Assembly (NCBI GenBank): GCA_964389655.1
Contig: CAYMED010000002.1
Span: 32,001-96,000 of the forward strand
DNA: 64,000 bases
Direction: 5' to 3'
DNA from: an uncultured Candidatus Poseidoniales archaeon
GTDB taxonomy: Archaea > Thermoplasmatota > Poseidoniia > Poseidoniales > CAYMED01
The notes under the pieces are model-generated. The model did no database searches, was not told the DNA's origin, and saw only the letters and a list, made by a program, of their open reading frames with translations. The translations under genes were made by a program, and so were the position numbers. Of this stretch, positions 29,507 through 38,145 are shown one piece after another. Every line of letters starts with the position of its first letter. Positions within the stretch are counted from its first letter, which is position 1.

Positions 29507-30355
29507 TTATTTTCTAGCCTCGAGGTATAAAGACATTATTGGGTGAGTATTATCAAAAATTTTTGTATTTTTCATTGGCGTGCTTAGAGATTGTCCAAAT
29601 CCTGAACGATAAACATCCGTAAATCCAGCTTCAAAACACATTTTAGTTATCTTTTCATAAGTCCAGTAATTTATATGATATTGAGGTGTTTTTCGGTCAA
29701 ATGAGTTTTTTTCCACCATCCATTGAAGAAAGGCATTATCATCTAACTCATTCATTTTTTCTTTAATTTGTTTTGGGTGAAGTGGATCTATTACATTTTC
29801 AAAAAATCTACAACGTGCTGTGGAAATTTCCCGAACTAAAAAATCTTCTAATTCTATTTCACTAGGTTTAATATTAAATTTTTTTGTGAACCATTCGTGT
29901 CTCCAATTCCAAAAAGAATCTACTTTATTTTTAATACTATTAATGAGTAAACCCGCATCTGGACATGTAATTCTTAGAATTCCACCCTTCTTCAAAATTC
30001 TGAAAGATTCTTTAAGCATATTTTTGACAGAGTCATCATCTATATGTTCAATTGTATGACTAGAATATATTATTTCGATAGAATTGTCATTAAACGGGAA
30101 TGTTGGTTTTTCCATTAAATTTAATTCAACAAAGTCATTTTGAACTTTAGCATATTGCTCAGAACCATAATCTACATTTGTCCAATATTTGTGATTAAAG
30201 GTTCCGGCTCCAATATTCAAAAAAGATTTTTTTTCTAATGATTCATTGGAGAATTCTACATATAATTCAGAATCTTCTTTACCTTTGATGCTTTCAATAT
30301 GATATCCTAGGCTTCTAAATATTCTTCCAATTGATCGACGAGGAACAAGTCCCAT
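29507..30355 (-). CDS. Class I SAM-dependent methyltransferase (AT-rich, likely acquired)
   Basis: FLNIGAG (motif I), IIYSSHTIEHI and FRILKKGGILRITCPD. Low GC: two sampled 60-nt lines give 16/60 and 15/60. Confidence 0.85.
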   Translation of the reverse strand: MGLVPRRSIGRIFRSLGYHIESIKGKEDSELYVEFSNESLEKKSFLNIGAGTFNHKYWTNVDYGSEQYAKVQNDFVELNLMEKPTFPFNDNSIEIIYSSHTIEHIDDDSVKNMLKESFRILKKGGILRITCPDAGLLINSIKNKVDSFWNWRHEWFTKKFNIKPSEIELEDFLVREISTARCRFFENVIDPLHPKQIKEKMNELDDNAFLQWMVEKNSFDRKTPQYHINYWTYEKITKMCFEAGFTDVYRSGFGQSLSTPMKNTKIFDNTHPIMSLYLEARK

Positions 30356-30385
30356 TCGTCATACCCCTTCATCTGGACTATCCAT

Positions 30386-31372
30386 TTATTCATCCCCACT
30401 AATTGGTTCTGATTCAACCACTCGAATGGTCATTCTTGCAATTCCAATGCAGAGTCCAACGAGACAAACCCCCGTCATCAAAAATGCAATTAGCGCCCCA
30501 ACTACTGGATTTAGTTGTGCCATCCTCGCAATTTGAAAGGCCCCCACGTCTAGTAAGCAATGAGTAAGAACTGCGGTGGGAAGCCCACGTCGAAGATACA
30601 TCCAACCTAGGACAAACCCTCCAATTGTTGCTGGAAATATTTTCCATATTCCATAAGCAGATAAGTGCAAGCCCCCGAAAACGAGGGAACTTAGGACAAG
30701 TAAAGCAATTGGAAAAGGCGTCCATGGCCTATTCCTAAGTGGCCCTTTCCAAAGGTCCTCTGGGTCACTCTTATTCCCCCTGATTCGATGATATAACCAC
30801 AAAGGAAACCCAATAAGCACCAGACGACTTACAATTTCTTCCCATGCGCCAGCATTCATCATTAATGTCCAAACCATCCCAGGGGGTAATTGTGTAAAAT
30901 CTGGCCCCTCGATGTAAATACCAGTAAGCCATGCAAGTAGCATCGTAACTAAAGATACTAATATCATAATACTGATTGCAAAACCGACCTCCCCCATATT
31001 TGTGTCACTATCATTTCTATTTCGTCTACCGGGATTCGCTTTGTTGAGCGTGTGGAAGAGAAGAAGCATGATCAATAACATCCAAGGCGCCCTCTCCCAG
31101 CCATTCAACACAAACCATACGCTAAGCCCCCCTTCTGAAATGAACGATGGGCCCACAAATTGTAGGGCCTGCCCCCAATCCCCTTCTCTCCAATGAAAAA
31201 GAACATTGATTGTTGGAGTAATCATCAGTGTCAAGAGAGATATACCCCACCAGATATATTCGTTAATCTTGGTAAACAGTTTGATCAACTCACTTTTTCG
31301 CAATATTCTAGCATTCGAAATGCCTATTGTTGCGTGGATTATCCGGGGCTTTCCCCTCCCATCCATAGTCAC
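30386..31372 (-). CDS. CPBP (Abi/CAAX, Rce1-like) intramembrane glutamic protease
   Basis: WEEIVSR (EExxxR), SSLVFGGLH (FxxxH) and THCLLD (HxxxD). Multiple TM helices. Confidence 0.85.
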   Translation of the reverse strand: MTMDGRGKPRIIHATIGISNARILRKSELIKLFTKINEYIWWGISLLTLMITPTINVLFHWREGDWGQALQFVGPSFISEGGLSVWFVLNGWERAPWMLLIMLLLFHTLNKANPGRRNRNDSDTNMGEVGFAISIMILVSLVTMLLAWLTGIYIEGPDFTQLPPGMVWTLMMNAGAWEEIVSRLVLIGFPLWLYHRIRGNKSDPEDLWKGPLRNRPWTPFPIALLVLSSLVFGGLHLSAYGIWKIFPATIGGFVLGWMYLRRGLPTAVLTHCLLDVGAFQIARMAQLNPVVGALIAFLMTGVCLVGLCIGIARMTIRVVESEPISGDE

Positions 31373-31456
31373 TTCCCCCTCCTGCTCGCTGGCTGCCTCA
31401 TCGGTGATGAGTATAAGTGGGGTTACCGATTCGTGTACTTGTCGAATGGTGTCAAC

Positions 31457-32233
31457 ATGAGCGAAGATGAGGCCGAAGAATCTTCAGATGAAATGACTCC
31501 CGAGCAAAACATTGCCCATTTGCAAGAGCGTTTGCTTCAGGAAACAGACCGCTTGACTAAGTTGTTCGATGCGTATGAAGAACAACACAAAGAATTCATT
31601 GATGCCAAAGCAGAGATTGATGTATTGGAGCGAGAAATTGTTGAGAAAGACATTGATCGAGAGGGTCTTGAATCCCTCATCGGCGAGAAAGATGATCGAT
31701 TTAGGGAACTTGAAACGCGTTTTGCCAAATCCAACAAGCGGTTAGAATACTACGAGGTTGAACTTCCAAAAATGGAAGAAAAGTATCAGCGAGAAAAAGA
31801 AAGGTTAGGCCGTGTTTTTGAATTAGCCGAAGAACTTGACGATGACCTCCGGATGGCAGTTGTAGAAATGAAGGCACGAGACGAATGGTATGTTGAACAT
31901 CTGCAACTGTTTGAGGATTTGAATACTGCAATCAAGAAACGATATACTATGGTTGAAGAAGCTCTTGAGACCGAACGAAAAAGTGGACATCGACACAGAG
32001 CACTCGAAGAACGCCTTACTTCCTTGGTGGATGCCCGAGCAGCTGAAATGACAATTGAAGAAGCTGAAAAAGCTCTATCTGATGAAAATGATGATGTAAT
32101 TCCCAAGGCAGATGAGGAATCAGAATCACAAGATAGCGAGACTAATGAGGATGACAAAGAAGACGGGTCCTTAGATGACATCAAATCCACCGAAGAAGCT
32201 GAAGAAACAGATGAGGTTGACGAGACGTCGTAA
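31457..32233 (+). CDS. Acidic long coiled-coil protein, function unknown
   Basis: Start moved to ATG 31457 (MSEDEAEE) to avoid overlap with the divergent CPBP gene. E/K/R-rich heptad pattern over about 190 aa, then an acidic tail. Confidence 0.7.
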   Translation: MSEDEAEESSDEMTPEQNIAHLQERLLQETDRLTKLFDAYEEQHKEFIDAKAEIDVLEREIVEKDIDREGLESLIGEKDDRFRELETRFAKSNKRLEYYEVELPKMEEKYQREKERLGRVFELAEELDDDLRMAVVEMKARDEWYVEHLQLFEDLNTAIKKRYTMVEEALETERKSGHRHRALEERLTSLVDARAAEMTIEEAEKALSDENDDVIPKADEESESQDSETNEDDKEDGSLDDIKSTEEAEETDEVDETS

Positions 32234-32253
32234 GACCCCAGATCGGGTTTGCT

Positions 32254-33102
32254 ATGTCTCTAATCGCCATCGAAGGCCGCGCGCCGGCGCTCTCTTTTCT
32301 TCTTAGCGGCTTTGCTGTATTTCTCATCGGCCGGATATTAGTCCAACCTTGGTCCGACCTTGCTATTGTGTGTGGGATTTTTCATTTTAGCATTGCAGCG
32401 TTTATCGTTGCCTTTTTCCGCGACCCCGACCGCAAGACCCCTCTTGATCCCTCCACAATTATTGCTCCAGCAGATGGGCGCTTACTCTGCTTTAATTATA
32501 TAGAAGCAATTGGCAGACGCCCCACTTCCCTGGAACTTGAAGAAGAAGAATTTGAACTAGATCCAATAAGTGGCCCTTGGTCTCCATTGGTTGAAAAAGA
32601 TCCCCTCTGTTTTAAAAACGAGCAACGGTGGCGGAATCATGATCCTGAAATACCAGTTCCCAATTCAGTCATTCACATTGTTACGCACATGAGCCCCCTT
32701 GATGTGCATGTTAATAGGGCCCCAATTTCAGGTAGAATCCGTATTTTAGAACACCGGACCGGATCTGGAAGGAAAAGGGGCCCATTTCGTATAGCAAAAC
32801 ACAAGGAAGCAGAATACAATGAGCGCGTTCGGATTGTGATTGAAGGGGATAATGGATTTTTTGTTGAAGTAACTCAGATTGCAGGCGCTCTTGCTCGATC
32901 CATATCTCCCGCCGTGCATATTGGTGAGCATGTGAAAAGAGGGCAGAGGATAGGGATGATTCGCTTAGGATCTAGAGTGGATGTTCGTATCCCGGCTGAT
33001 GCCTGTAAGATAAATCAAAACAACCTCATACCCAATGAATCTCTTCTACTAGCGGGTAGTAGCATTCTTGGGTGGGTCGTAAATAGAGATGAATCCGAAT
33101 AA
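32254..33102 (+). CDS. psd: Phosphatidylserine/archaetidylserine decarboxylase proenzyme
   Basis: FFRDPDR, APADG, MSPLDVHVNRAPISG, NERV, QIAGALAR and GMIRLGSRVD (pyruvoyl cleavage G-S). Confidence 0.9.
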   Translation: MSLIAIEGRAPALSFLLSGFAVFLIGRILVQPWSDLAIVCGIFHFSIAAFIVAFFRDPDRKTPLDPSTIIAPADGRLLCFNYIEAIGRRPTSLELEEEEFELDPISGPWSPLVEKDPLCFKNEQRWRNHDPEIPVPNSVIHIVTHMSPLDVHVNRAPISGRIRILEHRTGSGRKRGPFRIAKHKEAEYNERVRIVIEGDNGFFVEVTQIAGALARSISPAVHIGEHVKRGQRIGMIRLGSRVDVRIPADACKINQNNLIPNESLLLAGSSILGWVVNRDESE

Positions 33103-33143
33103 ATGACCGGTACAATCGAGAAGGAGAGGCCTTTCGTCACTTC

Positions 33144-34280
33144 GTGCAGAAACGAAACACTCTCCTCAAAAAGAGTTCATCTCTCCGTCTACACGACCTC
33201 ATTAAAGCCCCTGAAAATTCAGAATCATCAATTGCTGCTCGGGCCACAATGAATCCTCGGCAACCAGTCACTGTATACAGATCTCCGGAGCGCCTTCCAA
33301 ACGGTCACTTTACAGAAGCATTAACAATTGTACTTCATACAAAGGGATGCCATTGGTGGTGGTCATCTGGCTGTACTTTTTGTGGATACTATAATGATAC
33401 GAGGGATGATATTGGTGCGGATGAACTTGAAGCTCAATGGGCGGCAGCATTTGACGAGGTTGATATGAGTGAGATTGGAATGCTTAAGGTCTATACATCT
33501 GGTTCATTGTTTGAGGACCGTGAGATCCCCCCTTCATTCCAAGATAAAGTTCTGAAAACAGCATCTGAAAATGATTTACACCTTATTGTTGAATCGCGTA
33601 CTGAGCAACTTACTGATGAAAAAATATTTCATGCCACTTCCATCCATTCAGATCTTTGTGTTGCAATTGGGCTTGAGGCACACGATGATGAAGTATTGCA
33701 ATTCCACATTAACAAAGGGTTCACCGTAAAATCTTGGAAGGACGCAGCAGTAAGGCTTCGCACCGCAGGCGTACGCGTAAAGACGTACCTCATGTTCAAA
33801 CCCCCATTTATGTCAGAATATGATTCACTTTCTCACTGCATTAAATGGGTAGGACAAGTGTCACAATATTCTGATGAGATTTCAGTCAATCCGATGAACA
33901 TTCAACGAGGAACCATCATTGATCGAATCCACAGGTCGAAGAGTTACCGCCCCCCTTGGTTGTGGAGTCTCGTGAGATTGATTAAAGAGAGTCATCCTAA
34001 ACTCAACCATTCTGGTAATTTCTCTTCCCGACTCATCGTCCACCCAACGGCGGCAGGAAAAACACGTGGCGCACACAATTGTGGGTCTTGTGATTTTCAA
34101 GTTGCCTCGGCAATTGAAACATACAGCATCGATGGCTGTTTAGATATTTTTGAAGAGCTTGATTGTAATTGTCGTCAAAGATGGATGGAAGAACTCGCAA
34201 TAGAATCCTCTTTACCCATCCCCCTCGGTTTTTCCCTCACACGCCGAGGAGGCTTTCGATACAGAAATCCCCTTACTTGA
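33144..34280 (+). CDS. Archaeosine biosynthesis radical SAM protein RaSEA (TIGR01210 family)
   Basis: GCHWWWSSGCTFCGY (Cx6Cx2C), KVYTSGS, ESR, IGLE, INKGF, KPPF, YRPPWLWS and RGAHNCGSCD. Confidence 0.88.
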   Translation: MQKRNTLLKKSSSLRLHDLIKAPENSESSIAARATMNPRQPVTVYRSPERLPNGHFTEALTIVLHTKGCHWWWSSGCTFCGYYNDTRDDIGADELEAQWAAAFDEVDMSEIGMLKVYTSGSLFEDREIPPSFQDKVLKTASENDLHLIVESRTEQLTDEKIFHATSIHSDLCVAIGLEAHDDEVLQFHINKGFTVKSWKDAAVRLRTAGVRVKTYLMFKPPFMSEYDSLSHCIKWVGQVSQYSDEISVNPMNIQRGTIIDRIHRSKSYRPPWLWSLVRLIKESHPKLNHSGNFSSRLIVHPTAAGKTRGAHNCGSCDFQVASAIETYSIDGCLDIFEELDCNCRQRWMEELAIESSLPIPLGFSLTRRGGFRYRNPLT

Positions 34281-34374
34281 GCATAAAAAATTCTGTTAAA
34301 CCTCCGGCAATGTTTATCGGAGCAACATGGGTCGTCATGACCGTCCTATAGGGGCCCACCATTGAGGACTGATC

Positions 34375-34668
34375 TTGAGCGACGGCAAGGAACAGACAAA
34401 CTTCGTTGCTGATGTTTACGTGGGCAGTGATGAGCCACCGATGGCATCAGTTGCAATGGCATTTAGCGTAATTTGCGCCTTTATCTCCCTTATGTTCATC
34501 TCTTTGGTGCTCGGGTGGGATCGCTTACCTGCCCTTGGCTCATTGATTTCGGTATTTTCTAATTTAACCACATCTGGCATATGGTGGTATCTGATTGGGA
34601 TTATTGGGGGTGCAGCTTTGCTGGTGGCAACTTGGCTGGGCGAAGTTGTTGGGAGGGGTGTAGAATGA
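34375..34668 (+). CDS. Small 2-TM membrane protein translationally coupled to the CcoN-like gene
   Basis: Two hydrophobic helices. TTG start preceded by GAGG. The stop overlaps the next ATG (ATGA, 34665-34668). Confidence 0.6.
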   Translation: MSDGKEQTNFVADVYVGSDEPPMASVAMAFSVICAFISLMFISLVLGWDRLPALGSLISVFSNLTTSGIWWYLIGIIGGAALLVATWLGEVVGRGVE

Positions 34669-36806
34669 ACCTTCTTCTCCTATATGCTTGCTATCTTGTT
34701 TGGATGGGAATTGTAGCATTAGTTTGCTCAAGAGGTCTTGGTGCAGCCACAGCCGGGCTCAAAGACTTTGGTAATTTCATGCTTGAAAAAGCACCAGGGC
34801 CCTTGGTTGATTTGATTGAAAACCGGGAAGGCGCGGCTTCTCGCATCTGGATGATGCATGGAGCATTTTGGATGTTTATCGCTTCATCAATAACTTTTGT
34901 ATCAATGTGGTTAGAGCAGGACCCCAAGGCCCTAGACGCTTTCAAATCGTGGGGTTGGGTATATGATTCATCGGGAATGATGGCGGCGTCGCAGGTTTCG
35001 TTTGTATCCGGTGCAGCTTCGATGCTGCTTTTGGGCAGTGCATTCCATGTAACCGAGCGAATGGGTGGAACACGCTTAGTCGGTCAACGCCTTATTGCTT
35101 TGATATCGATTGCCTGGTCACTGCTCACAGTCATAGAGATCATTGCAGCTTTTACTCAATGGACCCACACTTCCATATTATTTCCCGGCCCATGGCAATT
35201 ACAAGTTGTTCATTTATTGTTATCAATACCAATTCTAGTATCATTTGGGTTAACCGGATCTGAGTCTGAACAAGGATCCCGTGACATTTCCACATGGTTT
35301 TTCACGATGGCATCTGCAGCATTAGTATGGGTTTATTGCATATCATCGGCACGTCCATTATTCAATACATCAGAGATTGATTGGCTCTTAGCGAAAGGAC
35401 TTGAGGGTTGGTGGCTATGTGGGCTAGCATTTGGCTTGTTGTCATACATTGTTCCACACAGTGGAACTGGAAGGTTGTGGTCTCGATCGTTAGCTAGCGC
35501 TGGTTTAATCGGTTTAATGGTCTGCATTGTTCCATTTGGATCCTCTATTGAAGTAGCCACCCCCGGTGGTCTTCTCAGGGCAGTTATGCTTTGTCTCATG
35601 GCTCTTTCCTTGCTTCCAATCACCGCAACATCACTGAATATCATTGCAAGTGGCCGTGCATCATTCGGGAAAGGCGGTGGGCCCGGTGTTGTGATTGGCG
35701 TCAGTGCCGCTCTTCTCTTTTTGCTCTGTTCTTTCGGAAGTATTTTCACAAGTGGTGATGCATTTGGTGGTAATGAAGGCTTGGAAGTCTTTAGTGTAGT
35801 TAGCGATCGTGCTTTCCATTATGGGGCCCTTGGAATTACAGCATTGGCAGCATGTTCTGTCATTTGGCCACAAGTAAATGGGCGTCACCTCTTACTCCCG
35901 GGACGCGCCCGAACTGCTTGGCTCATCACTCTTGGTAGCATCATATCTGCTACAGCAGTGGGTGTGGGGGTTGGCATTGCTTCTAAGGCCTTGATTGAAG
36001 GGGGGATTACAGAAAATATACTGCAGAACCCCTCGATTGCAAGTGCGATCCGTGTTGAATCATTTTTGTTCTATGGGGTGATTATTGGATCCTTGGCAAT
36101 GACTGTACAGATGATTACCACGGCCCACCGCGGACCAATCGCAGTTCCACGTGGCTTAGTCATTGAATCTGATGTTTCAGTACCAAGACAAATTGTACCT
36201 GCTGGTGAACACAGCATGCGCAGTTTTCTTTCAATGGGCTTAACTCTTGACACAATTTTAGATTTCAATCCAACCTCTCCGGTTCCAGATATAGGGACAA
36301 CAACCGTTAATCTCGAAGACGAGGAAGATGATGATGATAAGGAAGCGGATGAGGATTGGGATGAAGAAATCGTTCTACTCGCACATCATGTAAAGAGAAG
36401 TTCAATGTCTGTGTTTGAGATATTTCAGCGATTTGATATCAATGGGGATGGTGTCCTTTCTCCATATGAATTTAGGGAGGGTTTAGCTGCATTAGAGATT
36501 GCAAATTTAGATCCATGGGATATGGACCGCATAATTCGAGCAATTGATATCAACCGAGATGGTTCGATAGACCTTCCAGAACTTGATATATTGGTTGCTC
36601 GGATAAATAGGGCAGTTCCAATAAGCCAGCCCACTTCCACCAAAGAGAACCATGCAGTTCCTGTAAAGTCAGAAAACGAATCCCCACATACAGAATCTTC
36701 CTTGAAAAAGAAGACAAAGAACGAACTTGTTGAGATTGCAAACACCCTAGGTGTCTCTCCCAAAGGAACAAAAAGTGACCTAATATCTAATATCCTTTCA
36801 GTCTGA
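34665..36806 (+). CDS. Heme-copper oxidase subunit I (cbb3/CcoN)-like membrane protein lacking canonical His ligands, fused to an EF-hand pair and a SAP/Rho-N-like domain
   Basis: SD GGAGG before ATG 34665. About 13 TM helices with three CcoN-type loop motifs (ERMGGTRL, YIVPHSGTGRLWSRSL, WPQVNGRHL). EF-hands DINGDGVLSPYE and DINRDGSIDLPE. C-terminal LKKKTKNELVEIANTLGVSPKGTKSDLISNIL. Confidence 0.7.
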   Translation: MNLLLLYACYLVWMGIVALVCSRGLGAATAGLKDFGNFMLEKAPGPLVDLIENREGAASRIWMMHGAFWMFIASSITFVSMWLEQDPKALDAFKSWGWVYDSSGMMAASQVSFVSGAASMLLLGSAFHVTERMGGTRLVGQRLIALISIAWSLLTVIEIIAAFTQWTHTSILFPGPWQLQVVHLLLSIPILVSFGLTGSESEQGSRDISTWFFTMASAALVWVYCISSARPLFNTSEIDWLLAKGLEGWWLCGLAFGLLSYIVPHSGTGRLWSRSLASAGLIGLMVCIVPFGSSIEVATPGGLLRAVMLCLMALSLLPITATSLNIIASGRASFGKGGGPGVVIGVSAALLFLLCSFGSIFTSGDAFGGNEGLEVFSVVSDRAFHYGALGITALAACSVIWPQVNGRHLLLPGRARTAWLITLGSIISATAVGVGVGIASKALIEGGITENILQNPSIASAIRVESFLFYGVIIGSLAMTVQMITTAHRGPIAVPRGLVIESDVSVPRQIVPAGEHSMRSFLSMGLTLDTILDFNPTSPVPDIGTTTVNLEDEEDDDDKEADEDWDEEIVLLAHHVKRSSMSVFEIFQRFDINGDGVLSPYEFREGLAALEIANLDPWDMDRIIRAIDINRDGSIDLPELDILVARINRAVPISQPTSTKENHAVPVKSENESPHTESSLKKKTKNELVEIANTLGVSPKGTKSDLISNILSV

Positions 36807-36815
36807 TGATGTTCA

Positions 36816-38093
36816 ATGAGAATTGGTTTGGTTGGAAAACCAAATGTTGGAAAGTCAACATTATTCAGTGCACTAACTGAAACTCCCGTTGAAATAGCGA
36901 ATTATCCTTTCACAACAATTGATCCAAATGTGGGCGTATCATTTGTCAAATCATCTCAACCATGCCCATGCAAAATACGTAGGATCGGTCTTCAAGAAGA
37001 TGGCAGACTAGATTCTTCATCGCTAGATGATCCAAGGCAGGGAAGCCTTTGTAATCCCCGCACAGGAAGCTGTGTCAACTATCATCGTCGTGTTCCTGTA
37101 CACTTGATTGATGTTGCTGGTTTAGTCCCTGGAGCTTCAGAAGGCCGCGGAAGAGGGAATCAATTCCTCTCTGATTTAACACGTGCAGATTTATTGATTC
37201 AGGTGATTGATATTTCGGGCCGCACGAATCTTGAGGGGCAACCAATTGAAAATAACCCACCCGATCCCTTTTCCGAGCATCAATTCCTAGTTGATGAATT
37301 GGATGCGTGGATTTCCAGCCTGATTTCAGATGGTTGGGCTCGAATTGCTAGAAAGGCCCAGGGCGATGGAATTCGGGGAATTGAAAACGCCCTTATTGAA
37401 AAATTATCGGGGTTAGGTGCTAATCGCGCTAATATTCACTTTTCATTATCGAATGCTAAAGACACTCTAAATATGAATGAACCTTGGAATTGGAGCCAAG
37501 TTGAACTTAATTTCCTAGCCAAATTAATACGCCCTTCAATTTATCCAATCGTAATTGCCGCAAATAAAGCAGACGCAGCAGAAAGTGGTGCTGCTGAATC
37601 CCTTTCCTCAAAATTATTGGATCAGAGTATTCCAGTTATTTCAACGAGTGCAGACACAGAACTTGCAATATCCCGGGCACGTTCATCGGGGCTATTGTCC
37701 CTCTCCAATGAATCCCCCCGGCCCCAAATATCTCCTGATGCCGAACCGACTTCAGCCCAAGCAGCAGCCCTGACTCAACTAATTGACCGATGGGAGAAAC
37801 TTGGTGGAACTGGTGTTGATCAATTAATGTCATATGTGGTGTTTGACCATTTGGAACAAATAACGGTCTACCCTGTATCTGATGAAACACATTGGACAGA
37901 TGCAGATGGGAAAATATTGCCTGATGCGCATTTAATGATCAAGGGGAGCACAGCTCGTGATCTTGCTTATTCCGTCCATTCAGACTTTGGTGAGGGCTTT
38001 ATCCGAGCGATTGATGGACGAACAGGGCGCACATTGGGTGCCGAACACGAATTACTAGATGGTGATGTGATACGCATTCATGCCCGAACATAG
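36816..38093 (+). CDS. ychF: Obg-family ATPase/GTPase YchF (archaeal type) with TGS domain
   Basis: GKPNVGKST, NYPFTTIDPN, CPC...CNP...C insert, DVAGLVPGA, ANKAD, and TGS TARDLAYSVHSDFG. Confidence 0.92.
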   Translation: MRIGLVGKPNVGKSTLFSALTETPVEIANYPFTTIDPNVGVSFVKSSQPCPCKIRRIGLQEDGRLDSSSLDDPRQGSLCNPRTGSCVNYHRRVPVHLIDVAGLVPGASEGRGRGNQFLSDLTRADLLIQVIDISGRTNLEGQPIENNPPDPFSEHQFLVDELDAWISSLISDGWARIARKAQGDGIRGIENALIEKLSGLGANRANIHFSLSNAKDTLNMNEPWNWSQVELNFLAKLIRPSIYPIVIAANKADAAESGAAESLSSKLLDQSIPVISTSADTELAISRARSSGLLSLSNESPRPQISPDAEPTSAQAAALTQLIDRWEKLGGTGVDQLMSYVVFDHLEQITVYPVSDETHWTDADGKILPDAHLMIKGSTARDLAYSVHSDFGEGFIRAIDGRTGRTLGAEHELLDGDVIRIHART

Positions 38094-38145
38094 ACTTTGC
38101 AATTTCAAGGATTTGATTAGAATTGATTATGGAGTGGAATAGAAC

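Noticed and set aside
28622-30355. Restriction-modification or defence methyltransferases beside the helicase-nuclease
   Set aside because: The motifs (SHxIEH, TPN/CPD, PRH) are those of small-molecule/glycan class I methyltransferases. No DPPY/NPPY or PCQ DNA-MTase motifs in the proper context.
31193-31456. N-terminal extension of the coiled-coil ORF
   Set aside because: It overlaps the divergent CPBP gene and has atypical composition. ATG 31457 is the better start.
34665-36806. Functional cbb3-type cytochrome c oxidase subunit I
   Set aside because: The CuB and heme histidines are absent at aligned positions, and there are no ccoO/ccoP genes.
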